In this document: piece after piece, positions 54,401 to 63,818 of the stretch | Position numbering within the stretch: position 1 is the first letter of the stretch | Layout: the number at the start of each line of letters is the position of its first letter | Assembly (NCBI GenBank): GCA_965219995.1 | Contig: CBDCOX010000002.1 | Location: 2,624,001 to 2,688,000, forward strand | From: Candidatus Latescibacterota bacterium | GTDB lineage: Bacteria; Latescibacterota; UBA2968; GCA-2709665 | Direction of reading: 5' to 3' | DNA: 64,000 nt | Position numbers and translations under genes: made by a program | The notes under the pieces: model-generated | What the model saw: only the letters and a program-made list of their open reading frames with translations | Told to the model about the DNA's origin: nothing | The model's database searches: none

Positions 54401-56442
54401 AGACCTGTAACCTTGTGTTGCGTCGTGCTGCCGCCGCTGCCCGCTATATCGCTCCAGTCCTGAACCACGTTGGTTCCATCATCATACTTGAGCTGATACG
54501 CGGTGACGGCGGCATCGCCGGAGGCGTCCCAGTTCAGCGTCACCTCTCCAACCCCTGCCGTCGCCCGCAGGTTGGCAGGCGCCGCCGGCACGGGCGTGGC
54601 CGTCACGCCGGCCAACGTGCCGTTGCCGTTCGCGTTCTTCGCGCGCACTTCGAACGTATACGCCGTCCCATTGGTCAAACCTGTCAATGCGAAACCAACC
54701 GTTTCGTCATCGCTACCGGCGATGTCGGTCCAGTCCGGATCCCACGTCATGCCCGTCCGGTATCGGTACTGGTACTTCGCAATCGTGTCGTCGGCAGCAT
54801 CGTCCCACGACAACGTCACCGAACCGTCGCCCGCCGACGCGCTCAGGTTGGCAGGCGCCGCGGGCACCCTTGGCGCCCTGATTGCGGCAAAGTTGGAACT
54901 CAGACTCAAATCCGCGCCGCGCCACGCCTTCACCCGATAGACGTACCTCTCTCCCCCTTCCACGGTGCCGTCCATGTACGTCGTCGCGCTCGCGCCCGTG
55001 GTGGCGATTGCGTAAAAAATGCCGGGCCCGTCGCCCTTGGGCCACCGCCGCAGCACCTCATAGCCGCTGACGAATTCGGCATCGGCGCCGGGCGCGTCCC
55101 ACGACAGCGTCACCGATCCATCCACCACCGAGACGCTCAGATTCCCCGGCGGAAACCCCACCGGCGTGGCCCAGACGCTGGCCGCAGCGCCGTCTCCCGC
55201 CGCGTTTTGCGCGCGCACCTCGAACGTATACCGGGTCCCGTTGGTCAGGCCCGCCACGCGGTGGCTCGTCGTCGCATCGCTCCCATCGACGTCCGTCCAA
55301 TCCGGATCCCACGTCGCGCCCGTCCTGTATCGAACCTCGTAGCCCGTTATCGTGGCGTCATCCGGATCATCCCATTTCAACGTCACGTACCGGTGACCGG
55401 ACGCCGACTTCAGGTTGACCGGCGCCGACGGCGGCGGCACAGGCGTCGCCGTCACACTGGCGGCTGCGCCTGCGCCGGCCGCGTTCTTCGCGCGCACCTC
55501 GATGGTGTATGCCGTCCCGTTCGTCAGACCCGTCATACCGTGGCTCGTCGTACTGGCGCTGCTCCCGTCGACGTCCGTCCAATCCGGATCCCACAACGCG
55601 CCCGTCTTGTATCGAACCTGGTAGGCGACGATCGTAGCGTTGCCCGCATCATCCCACGACAGCCTCACGGTCCCGTCGCCCACGGACGCGCTCAGGTTGA
55701 CCGGCGCCAGCGGCGGCGGCACAGGCGTCGCCGTCACACTGGACGACGCGCCCTCACCACCCGCGTTCTTCGCGCGTACCTCGAACGTATACGCCGTCCC
55801 GTTCGTCAGACCCGTCACGCGGTGGCTCGTCGTACTTGCGCCGCTCCCGTCGACGTCCGTCCAATCCGGATCCCACAAAGCGGCCGTCTTGTATCGAACC
55901 TGGTAGGCGACGATCGTAGCGTTGCCCGCATCATCCCACGACAGCCTCACGGTCCCGTCACCCACGGACGCGCTCAGGTTGACCGGCGCCGACGGCGGCG
56001 GCGGCACGTCGACGCGGACAAAATTCGAAAAGCCGCTCACGCTGTCGCCCAACCGCGCCTTCACACCGTACACGTACGTCTCTCCACCCTCAACGCCGGC
56101 ATCCGTGTAGGTTGTCTTGCTGGCGCCCGTCGTGCCTATTACCTTGAATACACCCTCCGCATCGACTCCGACGTGCCGCCGCAATACCTGATAGCCGGTA
56201 ACCGGCGCCACCAAGGTCGTCGACGCGCGCCAGCTCAGCGACACCCCGCCCTCACCCACCGTAGCCGTGAGGTCCGTGGGTTCAATCGCGCCGTGCGCCG
56301 GCGCCGCAGCGGACAACAGCAAGAGAACGGGCAGCAGAATACGCCGCACCCGGCGGCAGCACGACCGCCGCACTGCCACACCTGGCAACGAGCCGGGCGA
56401 AGACAACACGGCGGTGGGAGATTGGACGAAGTTGACGCGCAT
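51421..56442 (-). CDS. Large surface protein: signal peptide + 9 FN3 + 8 putative-Ig (He_PIG-like) repeats + dockerin-like C-terminus
   Basis: RBS GGAGG before ATG 56442; repeats AP.NL.A..G...V.L.W...GLTNGT.Y.F.VRA; repeats ASGG..PY.(Y/F)S...P.G..I....G.I.GTP; C-terminus GDFNGDG...DLNKDGVINMADL. Confidence 0.9.
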   Translation of the reverse strand: MRVNFVQSPTAVLSSPGSLPGVAVRRSCCRRVRRILLPVLLLLSAAAPAHGAIEPTDLTATVGEGGVSLSWRASTTLVAPVTGYQVLRRHVGVDAEGVFKVIGTTGASKTTYTDAGVEGGETYVYGVKARLGDSVSGFSNFVRVDVPPPPSAPVNLSASVGDGTVRLSWDDAGNATIVAYQVRYKTAALWDPDWTDVDGSGASTTSHRVTGLTNGTAYTFEVRAKNAGGEGASSSVTATPVPPPLAPVNLSASVGDGTVRLSWDDAGNATIVAYQVRYKTGALWDPDWTDVDGSSASTTSHGMTGLTNGTAYTIEVRAKNAAGAGAAASVTATPVPPPSAPVNLKSASGHRYVTLKWDDPDDATITGYEVRYRTGATWDPDWTDVDGSDATTSHRVAGLTNGTRYTFEVRAQNAAGDGAAASVWATPVGFPPGNLSVSVVDGSVTLSWDAPGADAEFVSGYEVLRRWPKGDGPGIFYAIATTGASATTYMDGTVEGGERYVYRVKAWRGADLSLSSNFAAIRAPRVPAAPANLSASAGDGSVTLSWDDAADDTIAKYQYRYRTGMTWDPDWTDIAGSDDETVGFALTGLTNGTAYTFEVRAKNANGNGTLAGVTATPVPAAPANLRATAGVGEVTLNWDASGDAAVTAYQLKYDDGTNVVQDWSDIAGSGGSTTQHKVTGLTSGTAYTFKLRAKATDAAGDSSEVTATPLPAAPANLTAAAGVGQVALEWDDPGDAGITVYQLKYGRGTTVVQDWSDVSGTGASTTEHTVTGLTNGTAYTFKLRAKATVTLGDSSMAAATPVPAAPANLEATAGDGKVTLNWDNPGDAAITKYQLVHYSGSRPSQPTWSDISGSGATTTTHHVMNLTNDTEYTFELRAKATATPGDSSVVKATPSVSCPTLTIKSIADVTKAVGSSISIAATASGGCGTKTFSKKPNSNTPSWIRVSSGGSITGTVPTSAACRTHNVTLRVTDGRGTTDEESFRITVGAASRLTIRSIADVTKAVGSSISISATASGGCGTKTFSKKPNSNTPSWIRVSSGGSITGTVPPSAACDDHPVVVKVTDGRRTTDVESFKITVPGKALTILCPADQTATKGAAITKVTPSVGGGCPDYTFSMTGAPAGVGIDGDTGEISGKPTETGTFNVSVTVADGEENTASCTFSIAVSCPTISIAEIDDVTATKGAAMPSRTATASGGTSPYTYSLSDAPAGVNINIDDTPGKIGGTPTETGEFDVTVTARSACGCEGTREFKITVSCPTISIEEIDDVTVTKGTAMPSRTATASGGTSPYTYTISGEPDGVTINSSSGVIGGTPTETGEFDVTVTARSTCGCEGTRKFKITVSCPTIAVGGVQDVKVKVGDEIPTMTATASGGKSPYTFSLSVVPASGSDVTMSGGVIEGTVERAGVYTATVTATDSFGCKGTGTFKITGVDPPPLNIGDIPDKDATVNQAFPSTTASATGGKKPYSFSMSGAPITIKISATTGRITGTPNATSTSTVTVTVTDAQDSTDTDSFKLYVSNALSVASISDVVVTWQLDMDAIQVSASGGRSPYSYSLESEPAGISISSSGRISGTPTQLGSAEVTVIVKDRGKRRVTTSFSMTVARPGDFNGDGRRDAKDSAMFNRKFGLRSANADFDRRMDLNKDGVINMADLVILTRYIEEDASSGSGGPGG
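52400..53750 (-). repeat. Near-identical DNA duplications of Ig repeats inside the surface protein gene
   Basis: ADVTKAVGSSISI.ATASGGCGTKTFSKKPNSNTPSWIRVSSGGSITGTVP occurs twice; PSRTATASGGTSPYTY...GGTPTETGEFDVTVTARS.CGCEGTR occurs twice. Boundaries approximate. Confidence 0.85.
55150..56000 (-). repeat. Tandem ~282-bp FN3 duplications
   Basis: APVNLSASVGDGTVRLSWDDAGNATIVAYQVRYKT.ALWDPDWTDVDGS repeats almost verbatim at DNA level. Boundaries approximate. Confidence 0.85.
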
Positions 56443-56791
56443 GGTGACATTCCTCCGGTGCAGGGTTGACAGAAGCTGATGGGTTGTTGACCGGAACCGG
56501 CGGCATCGCCGTCGCAGTGATCCGATCCATTTGATGATCATTACCGCACGGATAGTTAACTTACACATAAAGTTTTGAATTCGTGTTGATTTCTTGGACT
56601 ATTTTGCTGATTTTTTGATGAAAAACAGCCCGAAATCCGGATATCTCACGCCACAACGGCACGGAGATCGAAATTCACGTCCGCGTCCCCCGGGCAGACA
56701 ACGCCGCCGTCCGGTCAGAAAGGCCGGACGCAGCCCGGACGGACTCGATCAATGGGCCGACAGGGCATCGGGTGTGCGTAATCCGCAGGCT

Positions 56792-59700
56792 CTATAGCAG
56801 ACGCAATATAGATCCGCCCGGCAGGAGGGTCCGGGGGTTGATGGTGAAGGACAGCATACCGGCTGTTTTCTGCGTCTCCAGAGGGGTCCGCGTGTCGTCT
56901 TCGTATTCGACGAAGGCGCGACAGTGCGGCGTCCGGATGGAAAACCGGGCCGGGGTTGTGGTTTGTACGAGGAGGGCATCCGCCGAAATCTGTTCGATCC
57001 GGAAGAACGACGGGATTTGCCAGGCCGTGCCCGTGTTGAAGGGAAATTCGTCCACGTCGATCCGGTTGGCGGCTGCGGAACGGATCCGATAACCCGTCCA
57101 GCATCCCTGATCGGGATCCCGGACCCGGACGAAATGGTCCGCGAGGGCATCGGGATATGGTAGCGTTTCGCCAATGCTGAACCCGGCTCTGTCACCATCC
57201 AGGATTTCGCCCTCTATCGAGGCAACCTCCAGCGCAACGGTCAGGTCGGCCGAGGTGAATCGGGTGGCTTCCGTGAGAAAGAGCGAGTCTCGTTCCTCCT
57301 CACTTCGGGTGTAAACAACGGCGCGGCCGGCAAAGGCGACGTCGCCATAGGTGCGTTCGGTCTGATCCAGAGTCTGGATGACCGTGTCGACTCCGGCCCG
57401 GCGGCGGATGCGAAGCGCCACCGGTCCGGAGTCGTTGTCCGGAACGGAAAGCGGCTGGACGTCCAGGATGTCCGGGTCCTGCCTGAAATGGTCGATGACG
57501 GCCACGAACGTAGTTCCGTTCCCGGATTCGGCTTTGCGAGCGAAGAGATAGTCGTTGCGAGCGCCGATTTCCGAATGGTCCCGCTGTCCGGGGCCTTCGC
57601 CCACGATGATCTCGTCGACGGGCGACACCATCCGTGCGCGCATGGTCATGCCGCTGTCGGTCCAGGATACGGTCCACGGGTCTGCAGGTCGGCCGACGCG
57701 GAGCTTCTCGATGTCTCTCCCCATGACTCCGGGACGGTGCTCCAACGGAATCGGCCGATCCTGGGCGGGCGGTGCGCTGATGCGGCCCTCCCCGTGGATG
57801 GCGTAGTCATGGACTGCGCCGCCCCTGACGCGAAAGACGTCGACGAGATAGGCAGGCCCGGCCCCCCTGTGGACCATGGCGCAGAAACGGCGGTACGTTT
57901 CGGCCTGTTCGTAGGCGCCGCACTCGGCTTCGATCACTTTCGTCGCCGGCGATGCGGCCAGGAGCTGGAGATTGCCAGGAGGCCGCCGGCCCCGCGAAAG
58001 CTGTTCCTGCTCGTCGACGACCACCAGGTTGTGTTTGAGCGTGCTTCGGATACTTGCGTTCAGAGGATGGTCTCCGATGTATCCGAGATCGGAAAGGACT
58101 TCCACCCCCTCCACGTTCATGGCGATGTTGAGTGCGTCCGGGTGGTCGTGGCCTTCCGGCTGGTAGAAGCTCATCAGCAGGGTGGCCGTTCCTGTGAGGT
58201 CGGACGGGAACATGCCGTCGTAGCCGGTATTGAAGATCGCCAGCAGCCAGCCCGGAAAGAACCGGTCGCGTACCGGCGGCGGAGGGGCGGGCGGCAGTTC
58301 CGCCGGCCGGTTGAAGAGGGCGTACGCGTCCCCCGTGTCCATGCGCACGAATGGCGCGAAATCGTCTCCCAGTCGCACGAGACCCACATTGTGAATCCAC
58401 GCCGGATACGGCCAGTCGGACGGCCCTTCGCGGGCGTCGGCGGTGTGCGGCAGGCGTCCGTCGGGCAGGGTCATCAGGGTCCGTGCTCTGAGCACGGTGT
58501 GGTAGGGGCCGCCGGGGGCGTAGAGGTTGAGGTTGTCGTAACGGTCTTTCCCGGTATAGGCCGGCGGATCGGAATACCCGTGGGCCGCTTCCGGCAGGTT
58601 TCGCACGTTGGCCACCGCGTAGAGATAATAGCTGGAGCCTTCGGCCGTGCTGCCATCGAATTTGAAGAACCCGTTCAGGTATGGCTCAAAGCCCTCAACG
58701 CCCCGATGCACGTAGTCGGGAACGCCCAGGAAACGCCCGAGTACGACTTCGCCCTCGCGGCAACCCGCGACCTTGTTGTTGATACCCTCCCAGTGCGTAA
58801 ACGTGAAGAGGCCCTCCACGAGCAGGTCTTTGACGATGCGGTCGCGCTCCTGTTCCGTCAGGTAGAGGGTTCCGCGGGCGTCCCTTTCGTCCCAGAGCAG
58901 GTCCAGGGCTTCGGCCAGCATCGAGATGTAATGGGCTTCGGACTGCACGCCGCCGCCGGACAGGCGCCCGCAGCCCCAGAACGTCTGAATGAGGCTGCCG
59001 CTCTTCATCGGGGAACGCGCGGCCTGGTCGGGACACGGGTTGACCTCGTACCGGGCGATATCCCTGTCCTGCGCCATGAGTTCGCACGCGTACAGGGGAT
59101 CGCAATCCATGTAGGTGTTCCAGTAGTCGCGGAACAGGTAGGTGGGGTACACGGCGGAAAAGCGTTTCAGGATGGCTGCCGACGCGCGGGCATAGCGGTC
59201 CTCGCCCTCCATCCGATAGAGGATGGCCAGGTTGCGCGCCACCGCCGGCATGCGGTGGACCTTCTGCTGCCGGACGGCGCCGCTGTACGATGAATGGACC
59301 CGGCGCCCCGCCCAGGTGAAGGCGTTTCGGCCCGTGGTGAACTCGGGGTCGTTTTTCTCTTCAGGTCGGACGTAATACGTAAGGGTCTGGCCGGAACGCG
59401 GCAGATCGAGGCGACCTTCCTCGGGAAACGCCTCGTCGGTCATGGTGGCGCCGCAGTGGAAACAGACCAGTCTGTCCGGATCGCGATCGTTCCACCGCAT
59501 GTTGTAGGTGTTGTCCGCGCCGCAGACGGGGCAGAAGGTCCCGTAGATCTGGGCGGGACTGAGATCCGGGACCATACCGGCAATCCACGCGTGGGAACGA
59601 CCTGCATAGTACTCCGCCAGTTCGAGCATGCCTTCGTAGTGCTTTTTTGCCCAGTCGTGGCGGCGGATATTGCCGCGGGCGATACTGACGTTGTCGTCCC

Positions 59701-59812
59701 TTACGCTGAGGCAGGGGTGTTCGACGTCTCCGGCGCTCCGACTGTACGTTGCCTTCCGTTCTTCCAGTCGACGCCTGCATTGCCTCTCTTCGGTGCTGTC
59801 CCAGGCGGTCAT
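56792..59812 (-). CDS. Heparinase II/III-like polysaccharide lyase family protein
   Basis: DGSTAEGSSYY, GHDHPDALN, SDLGY, HNLVVVDE and YLVDVFRVRGG..HDY..HG. Confidence 0.75.
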   Translation of the reverse strand: MTAWDSTEERQCRRRLEERKATYSRSAGDVEHPCLSVRDDNVSIARGNIRRHDWAKKHYEGMLELAEYYAGRSHAWIAGMVPDLSPAQIYGTFCPVCGADNTYNMRWNDRDPDRLVCFHCGATMTDEAFPEEGRLDLPRSGQTLTYYVRPEEKNDPEFTTGRNAFTWAGRRVHSSYSGAVRQQKVHRMPAVARNLAILYRMEGEDRYARASAAILKRFSAVYPTYLFRDYWNTYMDCDPLYACELMAQDRDIARYEVNPCPDQAARSPMKSGSLIQTFWGCGRLSGGGVQSEAHYISMLAEALDLLWDERDARGTLYLTEQERDRIVKDLLVEGLFTFTHWEGINNKVAGCREGEVVLGRFLGVPDYVHRGVEGFEPYLNGFFKFDGSTAEGSSYYLYAVANVRNLPEAAHGYSDPPAYTGKDRYDNLNLYAPGGPYHTVLRARTLMTLPDGRLPHTADAREGPSDWPYPAWIHNVGLVRLGDDFAPFVRMDTGDAYALFNRPAELPPAPPPPVRDRFFPGWLLAIFNTGYDGMFPSDLTGTATLLMSFYQPEGHDHPDALNIAMNVEGVEVLSDLGYIGDHPLNASIRSTLKHNLVVVDEQEQLSRGRRPPGNLQLLAASPATKVIEAECGAYEQAETYRRFCAMVHRGAGPAYLVDVFRVRGGAVHDYAIHGEGRISAPPAQDRPIPLEHRPGVMGRDIEKLRVGRPADPWTVSWTDSGMTMRARMVSPVDEIIVGEGPGQRDHSEIGARNDYLFARKAESGNGTTFVAVIDHFRQDPDILDVQPLSVPDNDSGPVALRIRRRAGVDTVIQTLDQTERTYGDVAFAGRAVVYTRSEEERDSLFLTEATRFTSADLTVALEVASIEGEILDGDRAGFSIGETLPYPDALADHFVRVRDPDQGCWTGYRIRSAAANRIDVDEFPFNTGTAWQIPSFFRIEQISADALLVQTTTPARFSIRTPHCRAFVEYEDDTRTPLETQKTAGMLSFTINPRTLLPGGSILRLL

Positions 59813-60159
59813 GCGGACTCCTTCCTCACGAGAACGACCTTGCATGAACCACGACCCTACCGAAACGCCTCGCCCGTCCTTCCGGAAACGCCTGACGAAA
59901 CCCGGTCGAAGCGACGGCGGCGGTTGAAAAAACCAAAATGGAGAAGGAGTTCGCGCCTGTCAAGAGTAAAGGAGGATTCGTACGAATTCGGCGCCATGAA
60001 CGGCGCCCGGCCGGCGATCTCATGCCGGCATTCAAAAACGATATGACATATCCTTATAAAAATCAATAATTTGCTCAGATCGATCCGCGCGTGAACCTTG
60101 ACGAAACGAGTGTCCCCGCACGCGAGGAAAACTTGTACGGAAAAACCGCTTAAAAAGGG

Positions 60160-60188
60160 TTGACAATTGAACAAAAAAGAATTATTAT
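60160..60188 (+). promoter_or_regulatory. Sigma70 promoter of csp, implying a ~135-nt 5' UTR
   Basis: TTGACA-17 bp-TATTAT. Confidence 0.75.
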
Positions 60189-60329
60189 GCATCAATGGCA
60201 ACATGAAGTAGAAGGATGAAGTTTCTGTCTCCTTTGCAGTCCTGAAGTGTGTCTGGCAAGGATCAGAAGTTCCGGTCCTTGCCGTTTTTGGTTTCATCGG
60301 TTTCTAACGTTGAAAGGTGGTGAAGCACA

Positions 60330-60539
60330 GTGCCAGAAGGTCGCGTGAAGTGGTTCAACGACGCCAAGGGTTACGGCTTTATCGAAAGGGATGAGGGCGA
60401 AGACGTCTTCGTGCATTTTTCGGCTATCCAGGGCGAGGGATTCAAGTCGTTGACGGAAGGCGAGGTCGTTTCATTTGAAGTCGTGCAGGGGCCCAAGGGC
60501 TACCAGGCGGCGGACGTCGTGAAACTGGGGCAGGTATAG
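60330..60539 (+). CDS. Cold-shock protein (CspA family)
   Basis: [13 protein letters not shown] (RNP1) and DVFVHFSAI (RNP2). Confidence 0.96.
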   Translation: MPEGRVKWFNDAKGYGFIERDEGEDVFVHFSAIQGEGFKSLTEGEVVSFEVVQGPKGYQAADVVKLGQV

Positions 60540-60589
60540 CTGGTAGGCGCGTTCAATTTTCCCATCTGAGTCCTCAATCGATCCAATCG

Positions 60590-60622
60590 AAGGGCGCCGA
60601 TTCCTGAATCGGCGCCCTTTTT
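60590..60622 (+). terminator. Intrinsic terminator after csp
   Basis: AAGGGCGCCGATTC-CT-GAATCGGCGCCCTT followed by a T-run. Confidence 0.88.
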
Positions 60623-60684
60623 ATTGTTACTTGCAGGTGAAACTATCGAAATTCCTCGCCGCCAGGAGCGCCTCCCGTAAAGGC

Positions 60685-60935
60685 GGTAAGACGCAAGACG
60701 TTAGACGGGAGAGGATATCAGTGCCAAAAAAAGGGTAGACGTTAGACGGGAGACGGGAGAGATTGTCTGCCCCGTGTAGTTTCACTTCTTGCCGGAGGCA
60801 TTAAGCGAGAATCAATCGGGCAAGGACGTCATCTACCGTCTACCCTCTTACGTCTCGCCGCCTTCATCTACCGTCTTGCGTCTCACGTCTCCCCGCTCTA
60901 TTCTATCCGTCTTGCGTCTAATGTCTTCCCGCTCT
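60685..60935. repeat. Inverted arrays of heptamer repeats (NNAGACG on the left, CGTCTNN on the right)
   Basis: Left arm: taagacg caagacg ttagacg ggagagg ... gtagacg ttagacg ggagacg. Right arm: cgtcttg cgtctca cgtctcc ... cgtcttg cgtctaa tgtctt. Confidence 0.75.
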
Positions 60936-61117
60936 TAGGCGACCTGATAACGGTGCGCGACACGAGAGAGCTTGATATTGTGCGCAACAATCCTTTAATT
61001 TTACATGGGGTTCCGGGTGTTGGCGGCCACCACGGTCAATGCCGGAACGGGTTCGGAGTCGCCGGCGCCGGCACTCGATGGCCATTTCCTGCAGATCTGT
61101 GAAAAGAATCCTGTGTT

Positions 61118-62485
61118 ATGGAAAACCACTATGACGTGATCGTGATCGGGAGCGGACCGGGCGGAGAAGGGGCGGCGATGAAGGCGACCAAGGAGGGAAA
61201 GCGGGTCGCCATGGTGGACGACCGGCCCGCGGTGGGGGGAACGTGCACCCACCAGACCACGATCCCCAGCAAGGCGCTGCGCCACGCGATCCAGCAACTC
61301 GTGGATACGGGCCGTTACCGCGATTCCCGGCTTCAGGACCTGCTGCGCACGGCGGAGGGCGTCATCCGGAAGCAGGTGGACTTGCGCAAGGGATTCTACG
61401 CCAGGAATTTCGTCGACGTGCTCCACGGACGCGCCTCGTTCGAAGACAGTCATGGAATTCAGGTTCGCCTGCAGAACGGGGGCGCGGGACATTACCGCGC
61501 GGACGGATTCGTGATCGCCACCGGCGCGCGGCCGTACCATCCGCCGGACGTGGACTTCTCGCATCCGCGCATCCTGGACAGCGACTCGATCCTGGAGCTG
61601 AAGGACCATCCCAGGTCGGTGACGATATATGGCGCGGGCGTGATCGGCTGCGAGTATGCGTCCATTTTCAGGGGCCTGCAGATCAAGGTGAATCTGATCA
61701 ACAGCCTGGATCGGCTGCTCACGTTTCTGGATGACGAGATCGTGGATGCGCTCAGCTATCACCTGCGCGAACAGGGCGTGCTGATCAGGCATAACGAGGA
61801 GTACGAGCGGGTGGCGGCGGACGACCACGGCGTGCGCCTGCACCTCAAGTCCAATAAGGAAATCCTCAGCGACTGCCTGTTCTGGGCGCAGGGCCGAACG
61901 GGGAATTCGGACGGCATGAGCCTGGATGAGATCGGTGTTCAGCGGGACATTCGGGGTTCGATTGTCGTCAACGAATCCTACCAGACCGCCAGGAAACACA
62001 TCTATGCGGTGGGCGACGTCGTGGGATACCCCAGCCTCGCCAGCGCGGCATACGACCAGGGGCGGTTCGCGGCCACTCATCTGATATTCGGGGAATGTGA
62101 GGCCCAGCTTGTCAAGGATATCCCAACGGGCATCTATACCCTTCCTGAAATCAGTTCCGTGGGTCTTACCGAAAGGGAATTGACCGCGAACAAGATCCCC
62201 TACGAGGTCGGACATGCGTCGTTCAGACATCTTGCGCGGGCGCAGATCACCGGACGGACCACCGGGATGTTGAAAATCCTGTTTCATCGGGAGACGCTGG
62301 CAATACTGGGCATTCACTGTTTCGGATCCGAGGCGTCGGAGATCGTCCACATCGGCCAGGCGATTATGGCGCAGCAGGGCCCGGGCAATACGTTGATGTA
62401 CTTCATCAACACCACGTTCAACTATCCGACAATGGCGGAAGCATACCGGGTGGCGGCGCTCAACGGGCTGAACAGGGTGCGATGA
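61118..62485 (+). CDS. sthA: Soluble pyridine nucleotide transhydrogenase
   Basis: IGSGPGG; [16 protein letters not shown] (single Cys); [13 protein letters not shown]; [21 protein letters not shown]. Confidence 0.92.
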   Translation: MENHYDVIVIGSGPGGEGAAMKATKEGKRVAMVDDRPAVGGTCTHQTTIPSKALRHAIQQLVDTGRYRDSRLQDLLRTAEGVIRKQVDLRKGFYARNFVDVLHGRASFEDSHGIQVRLQNGGAGHYRADGFVIATGARPYHPPDVDFSHPRILDSDSILELKDHPRSVTIYGAGVIGCEYASIFRGLQIKVNLINSLDRLLTFLDDEIVDALSYHLREQGVLIRHNEEYERVAADDHGVRLHLKSNKEILSDCLFWAQGRTGNSDGMSLDEIGVQRDIRGSIVVNESYQTARKHIYAVGDVVGYPSLASAAYDQGRFAATHLIFGECEAQLVKDIPTGIYTLPEISSVGLTERELTANKIPYEVGHASFRHLARAQITGRTTGMLKILFHRETLAILGIHCFGSEASEIVHIGQAIMAQQGPGNTLMYFINTTFNYPTMAEAYRVAALNGLNRVR

Positions 62486-63150
62486 ATGCTCTTGACGTCA
62501 TCTATATGGACAACCACCTTCTGGTGGTCCGGAAACCCGCGGGCATGCTCGTTCAGGGAGACCGAACGGGCGACGTGTCGCTTCTGGATACCGGCAAGGC
62601 GTACGTGAAGGCGGCGTTCAACAAGCCGGGCGACGCCTTTCTGGGGCTGGTGCATCGGCTGGACCGGCCGACGTCCGGCGTGATGGTTTTTGCCCGGACT
62701 TCCAAGGCGGCTGCCAGGCTGTCCGAACAGTTTCGCGCCCGCAGGATCGGAAAGGTGTACTGGGCGCTGGTGGAGGGGAAGACGCCGGGTGAGGGCAGGA
62801 TGGCGGACAGGCTGTTGCGCGACGGGCCGTCAAGCGCCGTGTCCGACAGGGGCCGGGAGGCGGTGCTCGGGTTCCGGAGATTGCGGTTCGAACGCGGGAT
62901 TTCCTGGGTGGAAGTGCGGCCGGAAACGGGCAGGCATCATCAGATCCGGGTTCAGTTCGCTCACCGCGGGCATCCGGTTCTGGGCGACTTCCGGTACGGC
63001 TCGAGGATCCGATTTCCGGAAAAAAGCCTGGCGCTCCACGCTCGCTCGCTTACGCTGTCGCATCCGACCCGGAATGAGGAGATGACGTTCAGCGCGGCGC
63101 CCGAGGCGTTCTGGCCGGCGAAATTTCGAAAGTTGAAGCACACGGAATAA
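62482..63150 (+). CDS. RluA-family pseudouridine synthase
   Basis: [30 protein letters not shown] and LHARSL. Confidence 0.92.
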   Translation: MNALDVIYMDNHLLVVRKPAGMLVQGDRTGDVSLLDTGKAYVKAAFNKPGDAFLGLVHRLDRPTSGVMVFARTSKAAARLSEQFRARRIGKVYWALVEGKTPGEGRMADRLLRDGPSSAVSDRGREAVLGFRRLRFERGISWVEVRPETGRHHQIRVQFAHRGHPVLGDFRYGSRIRFPEKSLALHARSLTLSHPTRNEEMTFSAAPEAFWPAKFRKLKHTE

Positions 63151-63310
63151 TAGCCACAAAAAGCACAAAAGGCACAGAATCCGTACGGCAGTTCGGAATC
63201 GACTGTAATCCGGTAGAGAGTTTCGCGGCCATCCGGCGAATGACCCGGTCGCCGTCCAGGAAACAGATTCAACCGGGACAGGTGAGAATCAAACCGTTGA
63301 AAGGAGAAAG

Positions 63311-63709
63311 TTGGTGAACCAGAACGAACAGCAGCCGTTGACCGAGATACAGGTAGACCGGACCAACCTGTACCGCGAAGAGAACTATACAGACCTGAAG
63401 GTGGCGTCGATTCGGAGACTGGTGCCGGTCAATCAGGATGGATCGCCGGACGGGACCCGTCGCCAGAAGTTTGTCGGACAGACCCATCTGATGTCCCAGG
63501 TCGGTCCGCTCCCCGTGCAATGCGACATCGAAGCCGCAGACCTGGAAGAAGCGCTCCGGAAGTTTCCGCAGGCCCTTGCAAGGGCCGTGGAGGAGATGAT
63601 GGAGGATGCCAAGGAAAGGCGGCGGCAGGAGTCCTCCAGGATCGTGGTGCCTGGCGCCGGCGGATTGCCGGGCACGCAGCCGCCGGGCGGCTCCATAAAT
63701 CTGACGTAA
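63311..63709 (+). CDS. Conserved-looking hypothetical cytoplasmic protein
   Basis: RBS AAGGAG; LYREENYTDLKVASIRRLVPV..DG..D..R..F.G; ends SRIVVPG. Confidence 0.7.
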   Translation: MVNQNEQQPLTEIQVDRTNLYREENYTDLKVASIRRLVPVNQDGSPDGTRRQKFVGQTHLMSQVGPLPVQCDIEAADLEEALRKFPQALARAVEEMMEDAKERRRQESSRIVVPGAGGLPGTQPPGGSINLT

Positions 63710-63786
63710 CGCGCCGGCTCGAGCGAATATTCTGTCCCGGAAGCCGCCGGGGAATGGCGGCGGAGATCTCCTGTTTCCGGCTGTGA

Positions 63787-63818
63787 ACGGGGCGCATTGG
63801 CGTGCGCCCTGTTTTTTT
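63787..63818 (+). terminator. Intrinsic terminator between convergent genes
   Basis: ACGGGGCGCA-TTGGCG-TGCGCCCTGT followed by a T-run. Confidence 0.65.

Noticed and set aside
52400-56000. CRISPR array or DGR template/variable repeats
   Set aside because: The repeats are ~270-280-bp in-frame protein domain duplications. There are no spacers, no obvious adenine-specific mismatch pattern, and no cas or reverse transcriptase gene in the window.
51421-56442. Large protein as substrate of the type I exporter at 1-4451
   Set aside because: It has a Sec-type signal peptide and no RTX repeats, and the exporter has an intact C39 peptidase with adjacent GG-type peptides.
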